Source of the DNA: a virus
IMG/VR virus record: IMGVR_UViG_3300020190_000012
Location: 1-64,000 of that record
DNA length: 64,000 nucleotides
Reading direction: 5' to 3' (one strand)
Each line of letters opens with the position of its first letter. Position 1 is the stretch's first letter. Under the pieces are notes generated by a model. It saw only the letters and a list, made by a program, of their open reading frames with translations, had not been told where the DNA came from and searched no databases. The translations under genes and the position numbers were made by a program. Of the stretch, positions 58,477 through 64,000 are shown one piece after another.

Positions 58477-59081
58477 ATGCGGAAACCTGCTTTCTTCAGG
58501 GCATCTGCCATGGCAGATTTCCTCATCATGAAGGCATCATGATGTGCCGAAGCAGCCTTTGCGATGGCATCTCCTGCAAGATCTGCAAACGAATCGTTTT
58601 CGGTGGAAGGCTGGACGGCTTTGGGCTTTTTGCTGCTGAAATTGACTATATAGTTACGACCCTCATGACTCATATTTCCCTCCAAGCCAAATGCCTCACA
58701 GATCTGACCTGCAATTTGTGAAGCATGAGACTCTGTGATACGAGATTTTGCAGTCGCTGAAGGTATCATGAAAGATCCACTTAACTCACCTGACCCAATC
58801 GAAGATATCTGCCGAAAGATTTTCTTAGAGACCTTCGGGTCTGTCAAATGTCTTGGTTCAACACCAAGACCTTCCAAGACTGCAAAAACATACTCCCTCA
58901 AAGACTTCTCTCTGCCCTCATTCGATGCAGGCGCCTGATCCTGTGACGGGGCGGGCAGAGGAGCTGAACTGCCCGTATCCATGTATACAGACCCCATTTC
59001 AGGCTGAGGGATCTGCTCGTCTGCCAACTTAAAAAGCTGGCTCTGCATATGCCTGCGTCGGCCCACCGGCAGGAAAGACAT
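58473..59081 (-). CDS. Hypothetical K-x-A-motif protein
   Basis: GGAG RBS; LFKLAD, IAKAAS. Confidence 0.6.
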   Translation of the reverse strand: MSFLPVGRRRHMQSQLFKLADEQIPQPEMGSVYMDTGSSAPLPAPSQDQAPASNEGREKSLREYVFAVLEGLGVEPRHLTDPKVSKKIFRQISSIGSGELSGSFMIPSATAKSRITESHASQIAGQICEAFGLEGNMSHEGRNYIVNFSSKKPKAVQPSTENDSFADLAGDAIAKAASAHHDAFMMRKSAMADALKKAGFRI

Positions 59082-59084
59082 CGT

Positions 59085-59696
59085 TCAGTTCTCCGTGTCA
59101 AGAACGGCGTCTATGAAGTCCTTGGGCCAAATGTTGGACCAGTATGAACGGAACTTGCCCTTCTGCTTGTCGGTGAGATTGGCTATCTTGACAAACTTCG
59201 GATGCTCAGATGAAGTCTTCGGCCGACGAGGAGGATTGCTATGCGGCCTGTAGGCATTTCCTATCTCCTCTTCCTCGCCACCAGAATCAGATGCGCAGGA
59301 TGAGTCTGACTCCTTTGTGCCATAACCGCAGCCAGCGGCAGCAACAGCACCCATGGCCTCTGTGATCTCTTCATCAGCGTGGTCGTCTTCAATATCCACA
59401 TCGGTCTCGTCATCGCTGGAATTGGCAAGAACGAGCAAGACCTCGTCGTCATTTACCTTGATCACGTCGGCAATCTTGCTGAAGCCATCGGATTCGGCTT
59501 CCTTGGGCTTCTTTTTGCGCTCATTGATCTTGTCCTTGATGAAGGCAGGCAATTCTTTCTTAGCCTCCTTCTCTAGGACTTCTGGCGCATCGACTGCAGA
59601 TGCCTGCTTACTCATCCCACCTGTAACGTCCCGAATGATGTCATTAAAACTTCGGGACGGCCCATTGACTGATATTTTATTGCTGAAGAACTTCAT
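59085..59696 (-). CDS. Hypothetical acidic K-x-A-motif protein
   Basis: AAAGGAG RBS before MKFFSNK at 59696; KQAS, KEAK, KIAD, FVKIANL. Confidence 0.65.
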   Translation of the reverse strand: MKFFSNKISVNGPSRSFNDIIRDVTGGMSKQASAVDAPEVLEKEAKKELPAFIKDKINERKKKPKEAESDGFSKIADVIKVNDDEVLLVLANSSDDETDVDIEDDHADEEITEAMGAVAAAGCGYGTKESDSSCASDSGGEEEEIGNAYRPHSNPPRRPKTSSEHPKFVKIANLTDKQKGKFRSYWSNIWPKDFIDAVLDTEN

Positions 59697-59733
59697 ATTT
59701 GCTCCTTTGTTGTTCTTTTCTCTTAAACCCCAA

Positions 59734-60324
59734 TCACACCTCGTCAGGGAGTGATGCTTTGGTAATTTCCCACGCCTCATCTCTCAAGCAAGAAGCTGCC
59801 ACACGCAGCCTGCCTGCTGTCGAAGGATCTTTCGATTGTATGGAAGAGGCAACTTTTCCCATTTCGTTTGAACATCGAACCAGTCTGTCCGGAATGGCTA
59901 TTGCGTGCTCTGCAACTGCCTCTGGAATGGCAATCCTCTCTGGAGTTCCAGAAGCCATCTTTGCTTCAATTATGGTCTGAAGATTGAAATCCCCACCCAT
60001 TGGTTCTTTTTCCCATGAACCATCAGAAGATGCGTACTTGTTCCAGGTCTTCACGTCGCCAGAAATTGCAGATACATATTCACTGTGACACTCGCTCCAC
60101 GCCTCCTGTGGACGCATGCCCTGTGCACGCTTGTGTCTAAAACATCCCTGCCAGCACCTGCTGTTGCGCACAGCCACCCCTTGTATGCCCATGTACTGAG
60201 CGGTTTTGACCATAGAGAGGTCAGACGCAATATCGTCAAGTCTAACCGCCTGTGGATGATTACCATTAGCGTCAAGTCCGTTGGCAATGAGAACAATGTC
60301 CTTGATGATATTTGATAGTTCCAT
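59734..60324 (-). CDS. Hypothetical K-x-A-motif protein
   Basis: IANGLDANG..A..LD helical N-terminus; MVKTAQY, KYAS, KMAS, KVAS; CWQGC. Confidence 0.65.
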   Translation of the reverse strand: MELSNIIKDIVLIANGLDANGNHPQAVRLDDIASDLSMVKTAQYMGIQGVAVRNSRCWQGCFRHKRAQGMRPQEAWSECHSEYVSAISGDVKTWNKYASSDGSWEKEPMGGDFNLQTIIEAKMASGTPERIAIPEAVAEHAIAIPDRLVRCSNEMGKVASSIQSKDPSTAGRLRVAASCLRDEAWEITKASLPDEV

Positions 60325-60328
60325 GACT

Positions 60329-61171
60329 TCAAGTAACTACGAATTTACGCGTAAATGTCCTGCTCGGGAAAGAAAATCTGACTATTCTGGTCAATAAATA
60401 ATTTCTAGGCGCTCCAACCGTTGTGTCCCATGAAACAACCACCTGTCTGCGGCTGGCTTCAGAAAAATGCATATCGTGAGGTTCAATCTCCCTTGAAATA
60501 ATTTTGCCGCCCTCTGTCAAATATTCTATAAGCATAGACTGCCTGTTTGCCACAGACCACCTGACTGCATCACCAACTCCTGAAAAATTTGGGACTGCAA
60601 CAGATATAGAAACCTGAGAATCTGCTGCAGACCTGGCTGGATCCGTGACTATTTGGGCTCTATCTGCGGGAACCTCATCTGCCTGAGGAGGCGGGGTCGA
60701 AGCAACATCCTCCCCTTCTGACGATTGTCTGATCTCTGCAAAATCAACACGATCTGGGTCCAAGGACGTCAGTGGCATCTTTTGGGCGAGTTTATAGCTT
60801 CTGTTAAATATGCAGCAGGGTTGGACGCCATCTGTATTGAGATGACACTCATCGCCAACCCTGAATCCATTCTTGGAAAGCCAGCCATCGGGCAACTCAA
60901 CGACCAAACTACACGGCTCAGAAGACGAAACCGATGTCAAATCATGAGGTCTTATCCTGCCAACTGTGACAATTTTACCAAATGGATTTACAAAAGCTAT
61001 GTCCAATGGCAGAAATGTGTTCATACCCCAAAAACTATGTCGCTCTGGCCTGTCAAATACAAAAGCCATGCCATGCCCGTCTTCTAGCTCATGCCTGAAC
61101 ATCAAACCTCTTTCTCTGAGATGTGGCTTATCTGCCAATTCAACCACAACTCGAGAAAATTGGTTATTCAT
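60329..61171 (-). CDS. DUF192 domain fused to WYL-like domain
   Basis: VELAD..RERGLMFR..GMAFVF..FWGMNTFLPLDIAFV..VVELPDG (DUF192); IEYLTEGG..SREIEP..VVSWD..PRNYLLTRI (WYL-like). Start likely 61171. Confidence 0.8.
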   Translation of the reverse strand: MNNQFSRVVVELADKPHLRERGLMFRHELEDGHGMAFVFDRPERHSFWGMNTFLPLDIAFVNPFGKIVTVGRIRPHDLTSVSSSEPCSLVVELPDGWLSKNGFRVGDECHLNTDGVQPCCIFNRSYKLAQKMPLTSLDPDRVDFAEIRQSSEGEDVASTPPPQADEVPADRAQIVTDPARSAADSQVSISVAVPNFSGVGDAVRWSVANRQSMLIEYLTEGGKIISREIEPHDMHFSEASRRQVVVSWDTTVGAPRNYLLTRIVRFSFPSRTFTRKFVVT

Positions 61172-61382
61172 ACTCGGAGACACGAAAGCCCCCACGAACA
61201 AGACGATCTGCGAAGTCCTCGCACTCATTCTCGTCATCAAATTCTAGGCGATATCCAGATCCGTGACGAAAAACATCGGCCCCAACGCCGCGAGCCCGCC
61301 TAAGCGCCTCATCTAGACTCCAGGAGCGCTCAAAAGAACCTGAAGGTCTTGTGGGTCTGTCTTTCAGTATGCAAACTCTCAT
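61164..61382 (-). CDS. Small hypothetical protein
   Basis: 72 aa, overlap-coupled. Confidence 0.5.
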   Translation of the reverse strand: MRVCILKDRPTRPSGSFERSWSLDEALRRARGVGADVFRHGSGYRLEFDDENECEDFADRLVRGGFRVSEYE

Positions 61383-61741
61383 CGGCGTGCAATCCCAGTT
61401 TTGACTGTGTTCTTGATAGCAAAAACACAGTCGTCGTCATTCAGAATGACCGCTTCTAGAAGCCGCTTACCGTTTGCGGTAATCTTTATTGTTTCCCCAT
61501 GCCATTCTGCAAATCCCAAACTCTCGAGATTGATGAGTTCATCAGTTCTCAAACCAAACGGCCTTTTAAACGTAAGGGGCTCTATCCCAGCTTCTCCAGA
61601 CTTGAAAAGTGAATACAAAACCTTTGCCGCCTTGCCCTTAGGGTCGCCAAGTCCAGATATTGCAGACCCCGACCTCTCGCGCATGATGAAATCAAGTATA
61701 GAACTGTTTGCGGTTTTTAGATTCATCCCAAGTGTTTCCAA
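61379..61741 (-). CDS. Winged-helix-like small protein
   Basis: ELINLESLGFAE..IKITANGKRLL wing signature. Confidence 0.5.
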   Translation of the reverse strand: METLGMNLKTANSSILDFIMRERSGSAISGLGDPKGKAAKVLYSLFKSGEAGIEPLTFKRPFGLRTDELINLESLGFAEWHGETIKITANGKRLLEAVILNDDDCVFAIKNTVKTGIARR

Positions 61742-62604
61742 AGGTATTCCCTGTACTTGTACGGACTTTCATTCTTCGCATTATCTATAAGATATGGCTC
61801 TGTTGCCAACTCTCTCCAGTAGAATCCGGGTCTGAAACGAGGCTCATTATATGCCTCAGTCCAAGAGCGATATCTGTGTTGGCTCTTGCGAGCGATCGAA
61901 TCACCCTCAATGCTCTCCTCTATGTCCCTCCAGGGGATCACACGATCACCCATTGGAAGATCTAGGCGACCCCACGGGCCATCCATCACGGAAGCAATCT
62001 TTTTAGATAACGAAGCAGTGAACAACCTGTGCTTATACGAAAGGCGCGCAATCATGTACTCATGAAGAGATATTTTGGAAAGCAGCGCAGATATTTCCGA
62101 ACAAGCAGGAGTGGGAAGTTTTGCCACATCGAATGAAGCCATGAAGTTTCTTATGATTTCATGCTTCACCTGATCATTCAACCGATCCTTGGCTGACATG
62201 GTGCACAATCCTTCAAGAGCACATACCGCCATCCTTGAGCCGACTACAGAACACGAACCGGCAGAAGGAATAGATTCAAGCACGTTACAAAGTGCTGTCC
62301 AAAGATCTTCAAGCACAATGGCCAATTCATCAGCCCTCTTGGAAAGAGCTGGTTGATAATCTGAGGCAAGAACCTGCATCTGAATCTGTGGATCAAAAAC
62401 AACATCGACGCCAACCTTAACGCCGAGTCGTGCGAGTTCTATCTTTGCATGATCAGGACTTATTGTTGGAGTTGCCATCGCATTTTGCTCCCACCAGCGA
62501 ACTGGCATAGCCACTGTCATAGAGCAGAGTAAAATAACGGCACAATTTCTTGCGGTTTTTCGTCCTAAGATTCTTAAGTACACGCGTGAATTTGTCCGTT
62601 GCAA
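61723..62604 (-). CDS. Hypothetical protein (start uncertain, may be 62478)
   Basis: Long ORF; KKIASVMDGPWGRLDLPM..PW C-terminal segment. Confidence 0.55.
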   Translation of the reverse strand: MQRTNSRVYLRILGRKTARNCAVILLCSMTVAMPVRWWEQNAMATPTISPDHAKIELARLGVKVGVDVVFDPQIQMQVLASDYQPALSKRADELAIVLEDLWTALCNVLESIPSAGSCSVVGSRMAVCALEGLCTMSAKDRLNDQVKHEIIRNFMASFDVAKLPTPACSEISALLSKISLHEYMIARLSYKHRLFTASLSKKIASVMDGPWGRLDLPMGDRVIPWRDIEESIEGDSIARKSQHRYRSWTEAYNEPRFRPGFYWRELATEPYLIDNAKNESPYKYREYLWKHLG

Positions 62605-62614
62605 TTCTAACCAT

Positions 62615-63136
62615 TCAGCCTATCTCCGTGTTCATAATCCCAAATATGGAATCATCAACAACTGCTTCCTTGGATTTCTTAGTTCTAGACACTTTGCGCG
62701 TGACCTTCTTTTCTGACCGTGATGGCTTGTCTTTCTTTGCGATTTTCTGGTCACTGGCCGCATCGGAAGAAACTGAAGCCACCAAAGAAGAGCATGACAA
62801 ATGTCCAGCACTCACAAGTTTCATGGCAGTCTCTATGTTAGGATCAGACTTCTTCAAAATGAAACACTGCTTGGGAGCTAGTGTTCTCTTCAAAAAAGAG
62901 ATCGTTAGGCCGCCACTCTTGGCATTCGAGAACTCTACTTCGTCCTCGGATGTCTTACTAGATATATCTTCATTCGCAGAATCGAATGATATGTAGCCCT
63001 TCTTCTTCGCCCACAGTACACTTGGATGAAATGCAAATTCGTCTGGCAAATCAACAACAGTACCAGGCTTGAACTTATTCTTGATCGAAGACAAAACCAA
63101 TTCACCTTTTAGTGTTTCAGAAACTATTACTTTCAT
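62615..63136 (-). CDS. Protein with two copies of the shared ~55-aa module and a basic tail
   Basis: GELVLSSI..PGTVVDLP..HPSVLWAKKKGYISF and SNAKSGGLTISFL..LAPKQ..KLVSAGHLS. Confidence 0.6.
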   Translation of the reverse strand: MKVIVSETLKGELVLSSIKNKFKPGTVVDLPDEFAFHPSVLWAKKKGYISFDSANEDISSKTSEDEVEFSNAKSGGLTISFLKRTLAPKQCFILKKSDPNIETAMKLVSAGHLSCSSLVASVSSDAASDQKIAKKDKPSRSEKKVTRKVSRTKKSKEAVVDDSIFGIMNTEIG

Positions 63137-63579
63137 ATCTTTCTTCTCCTGTGTAACATTTTTTCCATGCTGCCCGAATTGGGAGCACCCTCAAATATGG
63201 TTCTTCCACGAGAAACTGGAGACGATGGGTCTGCCCATGTTCCGTCATTAGTTCCCTCTTGATATTCAGTCTCGCCTTCAAGTCTTTCTCGACCAGAGAA
63301 CGGATCCTCTGGGTCACCATAGTCAAAATCATGATTATATCTGTACTCATGATCGCCAATGCCCTGCTCCCAAAGCAAAAAGTCAGAGGCCATGTCAGGA
63401 GGTTCTCCGGCAACACCCTGAGACATAGGCGTTGTAAATTTATAACCCTCTCCGCTATTGGGGCCCCGATGCAATTTATATGGATCAACCCTATCAAAAG
63501 GGCGAAGAAGCGTGTTCGGCACAGTTGTGCCGAGGTTGGCAACCTTGACCAGCCAACTGTGGCTCTCAAGGCGGAGCAT
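63133..63579 (-). CDS. Hypothetical low-complexity protein
   Basis: Overlap-coupled; WLVKVAN near N-terminus. Confidence 0.55.
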   Translation of the reverse strand: MLRLESHSWLVKVANLGTTVPNTLLRPFDRVDPYKLHRGPNSGEGYKFTTPMSQGVAGEPPDMASDFLLWEQGIGDHEYRYNHDFDYGDPEDPFSGRERLEGETEYQEGTNDGTWADPSSPVSRGRTIFEGAPNSGSMEKMLHRRRKI

Positions 63580-63582
63580 CAG

Positions 63583-63978
63583 TTACCCAATAACCATATA
63601 GGAAGACAATATGGTTTTCTTGCGACTGTTAAGCTCTGATATTTCAGACACTTCGTCTCTATGCAACTGTCTTTCCTCTGAAGCAGCAGCTAGCCTGATT
63701 TCAAAAAGCCTTCTGTCGATCGCAAACAGATTGGACTGAGCTTCTTTGATGACAACATCTTTGTTTATGTTCTTTAGGTTGGATGGCGCATCTTCAACTG
63801 GGAGATGGCCAGTGTTCTCGATGCGCCCTGCCCTGTTGACAACAAGAGAATCGTCTGCATCCACAGGATCAACATTAGGTTTACCTGTGTTGAAGTGTAG
63901 GGAAAACAGGTCTCTCTCACCCTTCTCTGCCTCTGCGTATGCCTTCCTGAATTTTTGGTCAAAGGCCTCACTTGCCAT
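63583..63978 (-). CDS. Hypothetical protein
   Basis: 131-aa ORF in the same operon; VIKEAQ. Confidence 0.5.
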   Translation of the reverse strand: MASEAFDQKFRKAYAEAEKGERDLFSLHFNTGKPNVDPVDADDSLVVNRAGRIENTGHLPVEDAPSNLKNINKDVVIKEAQSNLFAIDRRLFEIRLAAASEERQLHRDEVSEISELNSRKKTILSSYMVIG

Positions 63979-64000
63979 GTTTATGTCAGAAACAGGAGAG

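Noticed and set aside
1-64000. Alternative genetic code, tRNAs, DGR or other mobile elements
   Set aside because: Genes tile densely in the standard code; no cloverleaf, reverse transcriptase, transposase or integrase recognised.

Overview
The window is the virion-morphogenesis region of a large tailed dsDNA phage (Caudoviricetes, probably jumbo-type). It uses the standard code and almost all genes lie on the minus strand with tight ATGA-type overlaps. In transcription order (right to left): a cluster of small putative head-internal proteins, a portal with a fused C-terminal DUF559/Vsr-like nuclease domain, a 1886-aa prohead protease-scaffold, a decoration protein, an HK97-fold major capsid protein and its terminator, a two-gene plus-strand paralog island, glycosyltransferases, a small subtilase, PhoH, a volactin-like actin with an upstream partner, head-tail adaptor, tail terminator, tail tube (no sheath seen), tail assembly chaperones with a GGGAAAA -1 frameshift, tape measure, very large tail-tip/fibre proteins, and a poly-Ser-linked S8 protease that runs off the left edge and is missing from the ORF track. 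The main leads are: (1) a pervasive K-x-A-[S/Q] motif on head-region proteins, a candidate maturation-cleavage tag; (2) an actin homolog plus partner inside the neck genes; (3) a ~55-aa module shared by that partner, a glycosyltransferase and two other proteins; (4) four glycosyltransferases interleaved with structural genes; (5) the portal-nuclease fusion; (6) a second candidate -1 frameshift in a head gene. All family calls come from motif recognition by eye; no searches were run.
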